Shown: piece by piece, positions 1 to 10,123 of the stretch
How positions within the stretch are numbered: position 1 is the stretch's first letter
How the letters are laid out: each line of letters opens with the position of its first letter
NCBI RefSeq assembly: GCF_017743935.1
Contig: NZ_JAGHRE010000001.1
Location: 167,683 to 231,682, forward strand
Source: Tropicibacter sp. R16_0
GTDB taxonomy: Bacteria > Pseudomonadota > Alphaproteobacteria > Rhodobacterales > Rhodobacteraceae
Reading direction: 5' to 3'
Length of the DNA: 64,000 nucleotides
The notes under the pieces: model-generated
The model's database searches: none
Told to the model about the DNA's origin: nothing
What the model saw: the letters and a program-made list of their open reading frames with translations, nothing else
Program-made: the position numbers and the translations under genes

Positions 1-774
1 GGAAAGCCCATCAAGCCAACCAATTGCGCCCTCTTGCGGCACAATGAACTGTACGGGCAGACCCGCAGCCATCGACCGGCTTGCCGAGCCAGACCAGAAG
101 GTCGCGACATCCAGATCACCGGCCGCCATGAACTGGTTCCAGTCGTTTTCCGACCCCCAATAGGTTTTGATCTGAGGCATCAGGTCGGACAGTTTGGCTT
201 CGATTGCATCCAGATCGGTGATGTTGTTGATGTCCTGTCCGGTTGCGATCGCCGCGAACTGAACCGCTTCCAGCGCATCGTCCCGAATGGAGACCTTTCC
301 TTCATGCGCGGTGTCCCAAAAGACCTCGATCGACGTCGGCAACTCGTCCACCTCATTGGTGTTCACGGCAAACGATGTAAGCCCCCAGGTCCAGGGCACA
401 CCATGCAAAGCACCGCCAGCGTTCAGGTCTTCATTTCCCTTCAGATTGTCTGGCACGTCCGCAAGGTTTGCGATCGACGCGGCATCAACCGGCCCGATCA
501 GACCTTCGTTTTGGGCTTGCGGCGTGAACGCGGCGTTGATCAATACAACGTCATATGCCCCGGGATTCGTCCGCAGCTTTGTCAGCATCTCCTGCTCGGA
601 ATTGAAATACTCGTGGATCACGGTATGTCCGGTCGACTCGGTAAAGGCATCCACGGCCCAATCCAGGTCAGTCCCGTAGCCTTGCCAATTCAGGACGCGG
701 ATCTCATCTGCCAACACGGCTGTTCCAGTGGCGGACAGGGCCAGAGTGGCGGCCAGTATGATTGGTTTGTTCAC
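1..774 (-). CDS. ABC transporter periplasmic substrate-binding protein, PotD/PotF (polyamine-type) family; C-terminus cut by window edge
   Basis: Reverse frame open from GTG at 772-774 (GGAGAA RBS upstream) to position 1. Translation MNKPIILAATLALSATGTAVLADEIRVLNWQGYG... has a signal peptide and type-2 SBP features. Absent from the ORF track because it has no in-window stop. The + ORF 34-819 is its antisense artefact. Confidence 0.6.
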   Translation of the reverse strand, partial: MNKPIILAATLALSATGTAVLADEIRVLNWQGYGTDLDWAVDAFTESTGHTVIHEYFNSEQEMLTKLRTNPGAYDVVLINAAFTPQAQNEGLIGPVDAASIANLADVPDNLKGNEDLNAGGALHGVPWTWGLTSFAVNTNEVDELPTSIEVFWDTAHEGKVSIRDDALEAVQFAAIATGQDINNITDLDAIEAKLSDLMPQIKTYWGSENDWNQFMAAGDLDVATFWSGSASRSMAAGLPVQFIVPQEGAIGWLDGLS

Positions 775-815
775 AGGTCTTCTCCCAGTTGTTCAGTGAA
801 GTTGGATTGTCTCGA

Positions 816-1748
816 CTAACCAGCCTCTTTCTTTTGAGTTGCCTCTTTCACGGCTGCGCGTGTGGGCGCTGTTGCCGGGCCTTTTTGTGTCGTTGACAAT
901 GCGGCGGCGACATTTGCGTATTCAGCCGCATGCACGGGGTCATCGCCCTGCGATAGCCGCGCGATGAAACTGCCCACATGCGTATCGCCCGCGCCGTTGG
1001 TATCGACCGCTTGCACCCGATAAGCAGGTACTTCACGGCAATACTGATGAGTGGCGACCAAACACCCGTCTGATCCGTTTCGGACAACCACCCCACCGGA
1101 TGCCGGGCGTGAGGCCGCGAGCGCCTTGGCGGCCTCGGCCAGGTTTGACTTCCCGGTCAGGATCGCTGCCTCGCGCGCATTGGCGCTGACCCAGGTTGCC
1201 CGGTTCAGAGCCGCCGACAGAGCCTCTTGCGGGATTGCTGCCACAATAGGGGAGGGATCAAAAACCAGGTTCGATATCGGGGCGTCCGAGTTGAGCCAGG
1301 ACTGCAGAACATCGCGGGACCCGGCATAGTGCAGGGCATAGCCCGACAACAGCGTCCAGTCGAAATCGGAAAAACTGATCTGCGCCAACGTGTCGGCTGT
1401 CACATGACCTTCTGCTCCGTCGCTGGCCACAAATGTCCGCTCACCGTCCTGGTCAATCAAAACCGAACAACATCCCTGGTCACGTTCCAGATCCTGTGTG
1501 CGCAGGAATGGTATGCCCTCTGCATTCAGGCCCTCGCGCACAATGTTGGCAAACGGGCCAGAGCCGATTGAGCCGCCATAGCAAACCATCATGCCTGCAC
1601 GTTTCGCGGCCACCATCGCGTTGAACCCACCACCCGGAGTGATGGAAAACCCCCGAACGATGGCCTCTTCACCAGCGATCGGCACGTGGTCAACTTCGTA
1701 AAGAAGATCCGCAACCACACCGGACATCTGAAGAAGACGACCACTCAT
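816..1748 (-). CDS. PfkB-family carbohydrate/nucleoside kinase (ribokinase-like)
   Basis: 310 aa with C-terminal DTNGAGDTHVG anion-hole motif typical of the ribokinase/PfkB fold. 4-nt overlap with the upstream gene suggests an operon. Confidence 0.7.
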   Translation of the reverse strand: MSGRLLQMSGVVADLLYEVDHVPIAGEEAIVRGFSITPGGGFNAMVAAKRAGMMVCYGGSIGSGPFANIVREGLNAEGIPFLRTQDLERDQGCCSVLIDQDGERTFVASDGAEGHVTADTLAQISFSDFDWTLLSGYALHYAGSRDVLQSWLNSDAPISNLVFDPSPIVAAIPQEALSAALNRATWVSANAREAAILTGKSNLAEAAKALAASRPASGGVVVRNGSDGCLVATHQYCREVPAYRVQAVDTNGAGDTHVGSFIARLSQGDDPVHAAEYANVAAALSTTQKGPATAPTRAAVKEATQKKEAG

Positions 1749-2779
1749 GATGCATGTTCCATTTTGCCATTCGCGGGAGCCTCGCCATCTGCACGCAGGG
1801 CAAGCAAACCCGCGGCGGTGGCTTCAATCGGCAGATCATTGGCGTCACGAACTGTTTTCACGGCGTCGGGGTGAATTGCCTTCAGTCCCACGCAAGCACC
1901 TGCCATCGCTCCGGCAATCGCTCCGATTGTGTCGGTGTCATCGCCAATGTTTGCGGCTATTTTGGCCGCTTCCCATGGATCCCCGCCAGCAAGACGAACC
2001 ACGCCAAACGCGGCGGCGACAGATTCACAAGAGGCAACCGATGTGCCAACTGTTTCAGCCAGCGTTTTTTCCGACGCGTGATTTCCAACGACATCCAAAG
2101 CCTTCGCAATGCGGTCGTGCATGTCGAGATGCCCAACCGGGAAACCCCGATCTTGCGCTTGGGCGGCGGCCTGCAATGCGGTTTCAATCGCATCGTCAAA
2201 ATCAAGACCGTCAATGCCGCAGCTGATCACGGCCGCCACAGCTGCTGCGCCGGCAATTGCCTCGCCTGTGTTGTGCGTCATGCGGCAAGCCATTTCGATA
2301 CTGTCGATAAACCGCGACATTGGATCAAACGGGGTTGCAATTCCGATGGGCGCGATGCGCATGGCGGCCCCATTGGTTGTTCCGTTCCGACCGGTTTCTT
2401 CAGCGGGCGATCCTGCCAGAATGGCGTCCAGCGCGGCCTTTGAGGACGGTCCCAACAGATCGCGCAAACCCCGTGCGCGGATGTCTTCCTCCCATGCGAG
2501 CAAATCATTTGCCCAACGTGTTTCGTCAACGCGTCCGCCATCCGTGATCAGCCGGTTGGCCAGCAGGAACGTTTGCTCGGTGTCATCCGTGACCTGCGCG
2601 GCCTGCAAACCGTGAGAGACAGGATGATCCGGAAAGGGTGCCATGAAATCTGAAATCACCCCGTAATGGCGTGCAATATCTTCACGAGACAAGGTTTGGG
2701 ACGGCATTCCAAGCGCATCACCTATGGCGACCCCTGCAAGTGCGCCGCACGCGCGATCAAGCTGAAGCTCGGTAGGCAT
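1745..2779 (-). CDS. ADP-ribosylglycohydrolase family protein (DraG/ARH-like)
   Basis: 344 aa. N-terminal GxxxGDALGMP and DDTEQT motifs are characteristic of the ADP-ribosylglycohydrolase fold. Start overlaps the GntR stop; stop overlaps the kinase start. Confidence 0.75.
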   Translation of the reverse strand: MPTELQLDRACGALAGVAIGDALGMPSQTLSREDIARHYGVISDFMAPFPDHPVSHGLQAAQVTDDTEQTFLLANRLITDGGRVDETRWANDLLAWEEDIRARGLRDLLGPSSKAALDAILAGSPAEETGRNGTTNGAAMRIAPIGIATPFDPMSRFIDSIEMACRMTHNTGEAIAGAAAVAAVISCGIDGLDFDDAIETALQAAAQAQDRGFPVGHLDMHDRIAKALDVVGNHASEKTLAETVGTSVASCESVAAAFGVVRLAGGDPWEAAKIAANIGDDTDTIGAIAGAMAGACVGLKAIHPDAVKTVRDANDLPIEATAAGLLALRADGEAPANGKMEHAS

Positions 2780-2781
2780 CC

Positions 2782-3519
2782 TCAGAATTCCATATGCAAG
2801 CCAAACAGCACAGGGTCCAATGTGCTTTCGACATACTCGATGATCGCGTCATCCGCGGCCCTGGTAAGCCTGCGCAACCGCAACATTGGTTCGCCTGCCT
2901 TGCGTCCCATCAACTGCGCGTCTTCATCGGACAGCGCAGGCAGCACACTTGCCCATTCATCCCCGCTTGCGACGACCAGGCCTTTGGACCGCAGCGTCTC
3001 GGTCAAGGATCCCTTCTTTAGCCCCTCGTCGAGTACTTCAGACAGCCCATCCCGCCATGCGATGCGGCTGCGCTCGAGCGACACCCCTTCGCCGGTCTGG
3101 AGACGAAACCGCAAGCGATCCACGGAAAGAAAGTCGGAGCCCAGGTTGTCAGGTGCCCCCGGAATGTCCATCGCGCCACGTGATAGTTGCAGCACTCGTG
3201 TGCCAAGCTCTGTTTCACCGGAAGACAGGGCCACACTCCAACCGGAGCGATCGTCGATGGTTTTGCCGCCAAAGGTCACAAATGAGCCGATGCCGCTTTT
3301 GGTTGTGATCAACCCTCTGCTGCTCAGAATCTCAAGGCTCTTGCGCACGGTATTGCGACTTACCGAAAACCGCTTGACCAAAGCATTCTCGCTGGCCAGC
3401 GGTGCCCCTTTGCCCAGAACGCCTGAACGAATTTCGTTCTCGAGCAAATGCGCGATCTTGACGGACTTGGAGGCGCCAATCAGTTCGCTACTTGTAGACT
3501 CATGTTTATACTTGTTCAT
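2782..3519 (-). CDS. GntR/HutC-family transcriptional regulator with UTRA effector domain
   Basis: 245 aa. N-terminal wHTH ([31 protein letters not shown]) then a UTRA-like C-terminal domain. First gene of the minus-strand operon. Confidence 0.75.
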   Translation of the reverse strand: MNKYKHESTSSELIGASKSVKIAHLLENEIRSGVLGKGAPLASENALVKRFSVSRNTVRKSLEILSSRGLITTKSGIGSFVTFGGKTIDDRSGWSVALSSGETELGTRVLQLSRGAMDIPGAPDNLGSDFLSVDRLRFRLQTGEGVSLERSRIAWRDGLSEVLDEGLKKGSLTETLRSKGLVVASGDEWASVLPALSDEDAQLMGRKAGEPMLRLRRLTRAADDAIIEYVESTLDPVLFGLHMEF

Positions 3520-3797
3520 ACCTGTACCTTATTTGGTTCACATCTGCGATGTCAATAACAGAAGACACGGTAGCGTTTGACCTAAAGAAAGCGCCGGTTT
3601 GCCCAATGGCGATGTGCGGTCAATCAAAAATCAGGGTCTTTGCCAAAAGGGGGCAAGACACGCGTCGCAAAGCTGCCAGCGCCTGGCTTGTGCGGTCGCA
3701 GTTTCGGGAGAAGTCCGACAACCGCCTTTGTCGCTGGACGCTGATGGGTCAATTGGGTAAGCGGGTCGGGACTGATCGCACGAAAAGGAACCGCCCC

Positions 3798-5144
3798 ATG
3801 TCCGGACACGGCACGCCCATCCCGATGACCTCAAGCCCCTGCGGTCCGCTGAGCGGTGTGGCCGAGGTGCCGGGTGACAAGTCGATCTCGCATCGCTCGC
3901 TCATCTTGGGCGCGATGGCGGTGGGCGAAACCCGGATCACCGGGTTGCTTGAGGGCGAGGATGTGCTGGACACGGCCAAGGCCATGCGCGCCTTTGGGGC
4001 CGAGGTCACCAAACATGACGATGGAAGCTGGTCGGTGCATGGCGTGGGTGTTGGTGGTTTTGCCGAGCCTGACAACGTGATCGACTGCGGCAATTCGGGC
4101 ACCGGCGTGCGGCTGATCATGGGGGCGATGGCCTCCTCTCCGATCACGGCGACGTTCACTGGTGATGCCAGCCTGAATGGCCGCCCCATGGCGCGGGTGA
4201 CCGACCCGCTGGCGTTGTTTGGAGCGCAGACCGTGGGGCGCAAGGGTGGGCGCTTGCCGATGACCATCGTGGGCGCGGCGGACCCCGTGCCTGTGCGGTA
4301 CGAGGTGCCGGTGCCTTCGGCGCAGGTGAAATCCGCCGTGCTGCTGGCCGGTTTGAACGCGCCGGGTCAGACTGTTGTGATTGAACAAGAGGCCACCCGT
4401 GACCATTCCGAACGGATGTTGGCGGGCTTTGGTGCCGCGATCACGGTTGAAGACACCGACGAGGGGCGGGTGATCACCCTGACCGGACGCCCTGAGTTGA
4501 AACCACAGGTCATTGCCGTGCCGCGTGATCCGTCCTCGGCGGCCTTTCCCGTCTGTGCCGCGCTGCTTACACCGGGCTCGGACGTTCTGGTGCCGGGTAT
4601 TGGCCTGAACCCGACGCGCGCTGGGCTGTTTACCACGCTGCGCGAGATGGGTGCGGATCTGACCTATGAGAACGAACGTGAAGAGGGCGGCGAGCCGGTT
4701 GCGGACTTGCGCGCGCGCTATTCACCCAACATGCAAGGGATCGAGGTGCCGCCCGAGCGTGCGGCGTCCATGATCGATGAATACCCGGTGCTGTCCGTTG
4801 TCGCCGCCAACGCCAACGGCGTGACCATGATGGCAGGCGTCAAGGAACTGCGGGTCAAGGAAAGCGACCGCATCGACGCCATGGCCCGTGGGCTGCGGGC
4901 CAATGGTGTCACCGTGGACGAGGGTGAGGATTGGTGGTCTGTCACCGGCCTTGGCATCGGCAACGTGCCGGGTGGTGGCACCTGCGAAAGCTATCTGGAT
5001 CACCGCATCGCCATGTCCTTCATGGTGATGGGCATGGGCGCGCAATCGCCGGTCTCGGTCGATGACGGTGGCCCGATCGCCACTTCGTTCCCGATCTTCG
5101 AACCGCTGATGGCCAGCCTTGGGGCAAAGGTCGCGCGGGGTTAA
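3798..5144 (+). CDS. aroA: 3-phosphoshikimate 1-carboxyvinyltransferase (EPSP synthase)
   Basis: ATG at 3798 with [48 protein letters not shown]... is the canonical AroA N-terminus. ORF-track start 3549 is an in-frame upstream extension. Confidence 0.9.
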   Translation: MSGHGTPIPMTSSPCGPLSGVAEVPGDKSISHRSLILGAMAVGETRITGLLEGEDVLDTAKAMRAFGAEVTKHDDGSWSVHGVGVGGFAEPDNVIDCGNSGTGVRLIMGAMASSPITATFTGDASLNGRPMARVTDPLALFGAQTVGRKGGRLPMTIVGAADPVPVRYEVPVPSAQVKSAVLLAGLNAPGQTVVIEQEATRDHSERMLAGFGAAITVEDTDEGRVITLTGRPELKPQVIAVPRDPSSAAFPVCAALLTPGSDVLVPGIGLNPTRAGLFTTLREMGADLTYENEREEGGEPVADLRARYSPNMQGIEVPPERAASMIDEYPVLSVVAANANGVTMMAGVKELRVKESDRIDAMARGLRANGVTVDEGEDWWSVTGLGIGNVPGGGTCESYLDHRIAMSFMVMGMGAQSPVSVDDGGPIATSFPIFEPLMASLGAKVARG

Positions 5145-5159
5145 CCCCCGCGCCCTCGC

Positions 5160-5345
5160 TCAGATGTAGCCGAGCGACCAGACCACGGTGCCGATGCCGA
5201 GGGCAAACCACACCAGCAACACGGTCCAATAGGTCCACGGATCCTCGTCGCTCGCGACGGGTTCCCACAGGTATGTGTAGCCCATGAACAGATCCTTGAT
5301 CGCCCAAAGGATCAGGCCAATGCCAACATAAAACCAGATATCCAT
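5160..5345 (-). CDS. small hydrophobic protein (two predicted TM helices), unknown function
   Basis: 61 aa, MDIWFYVGIGLILWAIKDL...VLLVWFALGIGTVVWSLGYI. Genome-typical codon usage. Convergent with aroA. No strong RBS. Confidence 0.4.
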   Translation of the reverse strand: MDIWFYVGIGLILWAIKDLFMGYTYLWEPVASDEDPWTYWTVLLVWFALGIGTVVWSLGYI

Positions 5346-5427
5346 GTTAGTCTCTTGAATTGGGGTGAGTGTACGTTCTTTTACCGGCTGTGTATCGGGC
5401 CCGCAATGGCGCGCGTCACGGGGAAAT

Positions 5428-5450
5428 AAGTGAACGATAACTCAAAATTC
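5428..5450. promoter_or_regulatory. conserved AT-rich motif AAGTGAACGATAACTCAAAATTC ~55 nt upstream of the serine hydrolase start
   Basis: Core AGTGAACGATAACT is identical to the site at 47840-47860. It is an imperfect palindrome (AGT-N8-ACT). Confidence 0.45.
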
Positions 5451-5502
5451 ATGCTACACTCCGATTGCGCCGTTTTGAGCAGGCGCAATCAGGGAGAGAT
5501 AG

Positions 5503-6714
5503 ATGTTCAAACAATCCATTTTTCAGGCGCTGACCGTGGCCGGGTTTACGCTTTTGCCCACATGGGTCGCTGCCTTTGATCAAGCAGACCCAGCCGAGGT
5601 GGGCTTTGACCCGGACAAGGTGGCCGGTATCGCGCAGATGCTGGACAGGGACGTGGTCGAAGGGCGTATTCTGGGCGCTACGGTTTCGATCTTGCGGAAC
5701 GACAAGCTTGCGTTGCACCACGCGACGGGCAAGCGCGCACCCGATGGCCCGGCTCAGGAGATTGACGATATCTTCCGCATCTTCTCGATGACCAAACCCA
5801 TTGTCTCGGTCGCGGCCATGATGCTGGTCGAACGCGGACAATTGGAACTCGACACGCCACTCAGCCAATACATCCCGGAATTTGCCGACACCAAGTTGAT
5901 CGAGGTAAGCGGTCTGTATGAGCCCGAGCGTGAGATCACTGTCCGCGATCTGCTGCGGCACACATCGGGCATCGTTTACGGGTTCTTTGGCGACACTTTT
6001 GCCCGCGACGCATACAAGAAACACGACCTGCTCGACACCACGGTCAGTACCGGCGATCACGCCCGTCTGATCGCCAGCCTGCCGCTGGAACATGAACCCG
6101 GTGCGGCCTGGGAATATGGCCGGTCAACGGATGTCCTGGGTCATGTGGTTGAGGTTGTTTCGGGGCAAAGACTTGATCGGTTCCTGCAGGCAGAAATCCT
6201 GGATCCGCTCAACATGACCGACACTGCATTCTTTGTGCCACAGGACAAGGCCGACCGCGTCGCACTGCCGGGGCAGCAGGGGTTCATGTTCGATCCCATG
6301 ATCGAACCTGCCTATCACTCGGGCGGCAGTGGCCTGATGTCCACCGCGCCAGATTACCTGCAGTTTGTCGGCATGCTGTTGAACGGCGGAGCGTTGGATG
6401 GCGTCCGCATTCTGAAACCCGAAACCGTGGCAGATATGGGTAGGGATCAATTGATTGGCGTGCGTCCAGGCAATTATGACCTGCTTGGCGACGAGAACAC
6501 CTTTGGCCTGGGCTTCGCCGTACGCCAAACCGAGGCAGGCACTGGCAAGGGCTCGATCGGGGATATGTGGTGGGGCGGCTTCGCCGGAACTTATTTCTGG
6601 GTCGACCCGGCGCAGGACATGGCCGTTGTCTTCATGATCCAGAACCCTGAACAGCGCGAATACTACCGCCCGGTCTTGCGCAACGCGGTCTATGAGGCGC
6701 TGACAGGCAATTAA
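5503..6714 (+). CDS. serine hydrolase, beta-lactamase/transpeptidase-like family (class C-like), secreted
   Basis: 403 aa, N-terminal signal peptide, S-x-x-K active-site motif (FSMTKP). Confidence 0.7.
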   Translation: MFKQSIFQALTVAGFTLLPTWVAAFDQADPAEVGFDPDKVAGIAQMLDRDVVEGRILGATVSILRNDKLALHHATGKRAPDGPAQEIDDIFRIFSMTKPIVSVAAMMLVERGQLELDTPLSQYIPEFADTKLIEVSGLYEPEREITVRDLLRHTSGIVYGFFGDTFARDAYKKHDLLDTTVSTGDHARLIASLPLEHEPGAAWEYGRSTDVLGHVVEVVSGQRLDRFLQAEILDPLNMTDTAFFVPQDKADRVALPGQQGFMFDPMIEPAYHSGGSGLMSTAPDYLQFVGMLLNGGALDGVRILKPETVADMGRDQLIGVRPGNYDLLGDENTFGLGFAVRQTEAGTGKGSIGDMWWGGFAGTYFWVDPAQDMAVVFMIQNPEQREYYRPVLRNAVYEALTGN

Positions 6715-6808
6715 GCGCTGTCCCCGGCATGGAAAACGCGATGCCGGGGATTGCCAAAGCTGCGCCCAGATCAAATAAGGTGTGACAGACCTTGTTAGGG
6801 GAGCCCCA

Positions 6809-7426
6809 ATGCGTTTCACCATCGCCATCGACGGACCGGCCGCAGCCGGCAAAGGCACGATTTCCAAGGGCGTATCGGCGCATTTCGGTTTTGCGCATCT
6901 GGACACCGGGTTGCTCTACCGCGCTGTTGGCCGTCGCACGCTGGACGGTGAAGCCGCCGAGGCCGCCGCGTTGGACCTGAAACCTGAAGATCTGGAGCGT
7001 GACGATCTGCGCACCGCGCATGTGGCGCAGGCCGCCAGCAAGGTCGCCGTCATCCCCGAAGTGCGTGCGGCACTTGTTGATTTTCAGCGCAACTTTGCCC
7101 GCCGCGATGGCGGTGCAGTGCTGGACGGCCGCGATATCGGTACGGTGATCTGCCCCGAGGCCGAGGTGAAGCTCTATGTCACAGCCACGCCCGAAGTACG
7201 CGCCGAGCGCCGCTATCTGGAGCTGGCGGGCAAGGGGTCGGACGTGAGCCGCGAACAGGTTCTGGCCGACGTCAAGGAACGCGACGCCCGCGATATGGAG
7301 CGCGCGCAGGCCCCACTGATTCCGGCCAAGGACGCGAATTTGGTGGACACCAGCGAGCTGTCGATCGATGACGCGCTGGCGGCGGCCATTGCGATCGTGC
7401 AGAGCAGGCTGCCGCAAAACGGCTGA
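6809..7426 (+). CDS. cmk: cytidylate kinase
   Basis: ATG 6809 preceded by [28 protein letters not shown]-loop typical of Cmk. ORF-track start 6782 is an upstream extension. Confidence 0.85.
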   Translation: MRFTIAIDGPAAAGKGTISKGVSAHFGFAHLDTGLLYRAVGRRTLDGEAAEAAALDLKPEDLERDDLRTAHVAQAASKVAVIPEVRAALVDFQRNFARRDGGAVLDGRDIGTVICPEAEVKLYVTATPEVRAERRYLELAGKGSDVSREQVLADVKERDARDMERAQAPLIPAKDANLVDTSELSIDDALAAAIAIVQSRLPQNG

Positions 7427-7503
7427 GCCGATCACCAACCTGTGTATCGCTCATCGGGGCGCACCTCCCTAGGCTTGGAACATCCCAAACCCGGAGGTCC
7501 GCC

Positions 7504-8052
7504 ATGATCCGTCTTGTCCTGCTCTTGTCGATGCTGTCCCTGGGCTCGATGACTTTTGCTCAAGACGCTGAGGACACGCCCAAGGCCATCGAAGCCGAAC
7601 AACCGATGACCTACGAACGGCTGGGCAAGATCATCTTTGCCCTTGATCCCGATGCGCAACCACGCGGTCCGGGGTTTGAATTGTCCGTTGCAGGGGTGCC
7701 GATCATCGTGGTGACCGACCCGGTTGCCGACCGCATGCGCGCCATGGTTCCGATCCGCCGCGCGGACGCGCTGACAAGCGAAGACATGCAGCGGATGATG
7801 CAGGCCAATTTCGACAGTGCATTGGATGCCCGCTATGCCATAGCCAACGGCACGCTTTGGGCCGCGTTCATTCACCCGCTGTCGCCGCTGGAAAAAGATC
7901 AATTCATTTCTGGTCTGGCACAGACCGTCAATATCGCCAAAACCTACGGCACGCTTTATTCGGGCGGCGCCGCGCAATACGGCGGCGGGGACAGCGGCAA
8001 TCTGCAACGCGCGCTGATCGAGGAGCTGCTTAAGAAGGGCGAAGAGATCTAA
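7504..8052 (+). CDS. secreted hypothetical protein (possibly YbjN-like fold)
   Basis: 182 aa with cleavable signal peptide (MIRLVLLLSMLSLGSMTFAQDA). No recognisable catalytic motif. Confidence 0.5.
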   Translation: MIRLVLLLSMLSLGSMTFAQDAEDTPKAIEAEQPMTYERLGKIIFALDPDAQPRGPGFELSVAGVPIIVVTDPVADRMRAMVPIRRADALTSEDMQRMMQANFDSALDARYAIANGTLWAAFIHPLSPLEKDQFISGLAQTVNIAKTYGTLYSGGAAQYGGGDSGNLQRALIEELLKKGEEI

Positions 8053-8262
8053 GCCGACGAAAGCGGGTTAGCGGCGATTGTAATCTGTGTTGCTAGACTG
8101 CGGTGCGAAACATGGTTTCGGGACGGTGCTGTTTGCATCAGCGTCTGTATTTCTCCAGCGTGGGTAATGTCTCCAAAAGTGAAGGCATTTTGCGAAACCC
8201 GATCAACAGGGCATACTTGGACGCAGCTTGATTTCTGAATTTCCCCCCAAGGAATTCTTCCC

Positions 8263-9780
8263 ATGGTGGCCAAACAACCCAATGTTCTGACCCGATGCGT
8301 TGCAGCGATTGGGCTGTCGATCCGTTCCAAACTGCTGATCGCATTCATGGGCATCACCGGTCTGCTCGTCGCCCTTGCGCTTTTTGGGCTCTATTCTCTG
8401 CAACAGTCTCATGCGCGCACGCAAGCGTTGATCCGAGATCAGGAACGCATCGAATATTTCAACCAAATCCACGCATATGTCGGCGATCTGATCGTGATGA
8501 CGGTCGGACAATACACGCCCTATGAACTCGATGTTGCAGGGGGCGGCAGTTTTTTTGGCGCGCCGCTTTATGACCGGGTCGGGGGCCTTCAATTGTTTGT
8601 CGCAAAGGGTGTTCGACACTTTGGACAACCTGGCATGCCGGACGCAGACCTTGTTGCGCGCCTTCGATCTGAATTGGCAGTGCTCTTACCGCATGCCATC
8701 GAGGTGCAATGCCTGCGTCGCGAAGAGGGCAAGCCGGTCGCAGCCCCATTCGCCATGGAAAAACTGTTTGAACCGCTGCGCGGCATTCAGCGCGATGTTT
8801 ATACCGTTGTCCAAGACATCGAAAGAGACATGGCCGCCCGGGCCAGGTCGACGGCCGTGGCCTATCAGGCCTCGCGCCAATTGGTGGTCACTTCGGCACT
8901 TGTCGCCGTTGGCATATCGCTCTTGCTGGGCTATGCCATCTCGTCCTCTCTGGTCTGGCCGGTTCGTCGGATCGGACATGCGTTGGATACAGTTGCCAAA
9001 GGGGGCTTTGACGCCCGTGTCACAGTTCCAAACCGGGATGAGCTCGGTGAATTGGCCAACAATGTCAACGCCACGAGTGAGCAGCTTGGCGACCTTTATC
9101 AGGAGGTCGAAAGCCAGCGCGCAGAACTGGCAAAAGAGCATGCCAAGTCCGAGGCGCTTTTGTACAATCTGCTGCCTGCCGACATCGCAGCCCGCCTGAA
9201 GCTTGAACCGGACAGGACCATCGCCGATAGCCTGCCCAGGGTGGCGATCCTGTTTGCCGACATCGTGGATTTCACGCCCAGGGCCGTTTCTCTGCCGCCC
9301 GAGGATGTTGTGGGTTTTCTGAACAAGATATTCAGTGCCTTTGATGAGTTGGCGGAAAAACACGGGCTGGAAAAGGTCAAGACCATCGGGGACGCGTATA
9401 TGGTTGCCGCTGGAATGCCGTCCCCGGTTGGGGACCCGGTCCACCGCGTGGCAGAGATGGCCTTGGACATGCTACGGGTCGTGACCGAGATGTCAGGCGA
9501 GTTTCCCGACGGCCTGGAGGTTCGCATCGGGCTTCACGCCGGGCCGGCGGTGGCGGGTGTCATCGGGAACCGAAAGCTGTTCTACGATGTTTGGGGCGAG
9601 ACGGTGAACACGGCCTCCAGAATGGAAAGCCACGGCGAACCAGGCCGCATTCAGGTCACCGCAGCGGTCAAGGCAGAACTGGAGCCAGGGTATCAATTCG
9701 TTCCGCGCGGAACGGTCGACGTCAAAGGCATCGGTGAGGTCGAGACCTGGTGGTTGTCTGGAAAACAGGCTGCAGCTTAG
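8263..9780 (+). CDS. membrane-anchored class III adenylate/guanylate cyclase with HAMP domain
   Basis: 505 aa: TM helix, ~200 aa extracytoplasmic region, second TM, HAMP-like linker (NVNATSEQLGDLYQEVE), C-terminal CYC domain (FADIVDFT...KTIGDAYMVAAG...WGETVNTASRMES). Confidence 0.8.
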   Translation: MVAKQPNVLTRCVAAIGLSIRSKLLIAFMGITGLLVALALFGLYSLQQSHARTQALIRDQERIEYFNQIHAYVGDLIVMTVGQYTPYELDVAGGGSFFGAPLYDRVGGLQLFVAKGVRHFGQPGMPDADLVARLRSELAVLLPHAIEVQCLRREEGKPVAAPFAMEKLFEPLRGIQRDVYTVVQDIERDMAARARSTAVAYQASRQLVVTSALVAVGISLLLGYAISSSLVWPVRRIGHALDTVAKGGFDARVTVPNRDELGELANNVNATSEQLGDLYQEVESQRAELAKEHAKSEALLYNLLPADIAARLKLEPDRTIADSLPRVAILFADIVDFTPRAVSLPPEDVVGFLNKIFSAFDELAEKHGLEKVKTIGDAYMVAAGMPSPVGDPVHRVAEMALDMLRVVTEMSGEFPDGLEVRIGLHAGPAVAGVIGNRKLFYDVWGETVNTASRMESHGEPGRIQVTAAVKAELEPGYQFVPRGTVDVKGIGEVETWWLSGKQAAA

Positions 9781-10123
9781 GACCTGTTTCTCATGCCAAT
9801 GTGTTGGCAGCCCTCGTGGCCCGTTCCGAGCGTAGTGTTCTTGTCAAAAAGAGGAGGCCGGAGCAGCCTTTCGGCGCTCCGGCCCAACCCGCCGTTCGTG
9901 AGTGATGGCAGGACGTCGTAGTCCACGGCGGGTGTGTCTGATCCTTGCAGTGCAAAGACCGTGCCGCCGTCGGAACATCGTCAAAATCCGGTCCGGGGAG
10001 GCAATCTGCCGGACGTACCTATGTCCCCGGAACGAAGGGTTCAATTAAGGTTTTCCATAGTCCGATGCGGGAAAAGCCTATGCAATTAGCCCAAACTGGC
10101 GATTTCCCACTCATGACCTTACG

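Noticed and set aside
34-819. 261-aa + strand ORF (and many similar long ORFs: 5449-6093-, 6124-6906-, 6632-7438-, 8686-9444-, 10406-11785+, 16194-17204+, 22836-24710-, 29300-30715-, 31614-32744-, 33634-34440-, 35249-36328+, 41742-43826+, 45314-46579-, 47839-49041-, 50177-51625+, 51622-52884+, 53403-54215+, 55350-56225-, 61211-62230-, 63220-63741+)
   Set aside because: Each lies antisense to a gene with clear family motifs and good RBS. Long stop-free antisense frames are expected at >60% GC. Translations are Arg/Pro/Gly-rich low-complexity with no motifs.
3549-3797. Upstream in-frame extension of aroA (ORF-track start 3549)
   Set aside because: No RBS and it lies in the GntR/aroA divergent promoter. 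The ATG at 3798 has AAGGAA RBS and gives the canonical AroA N-terminus.
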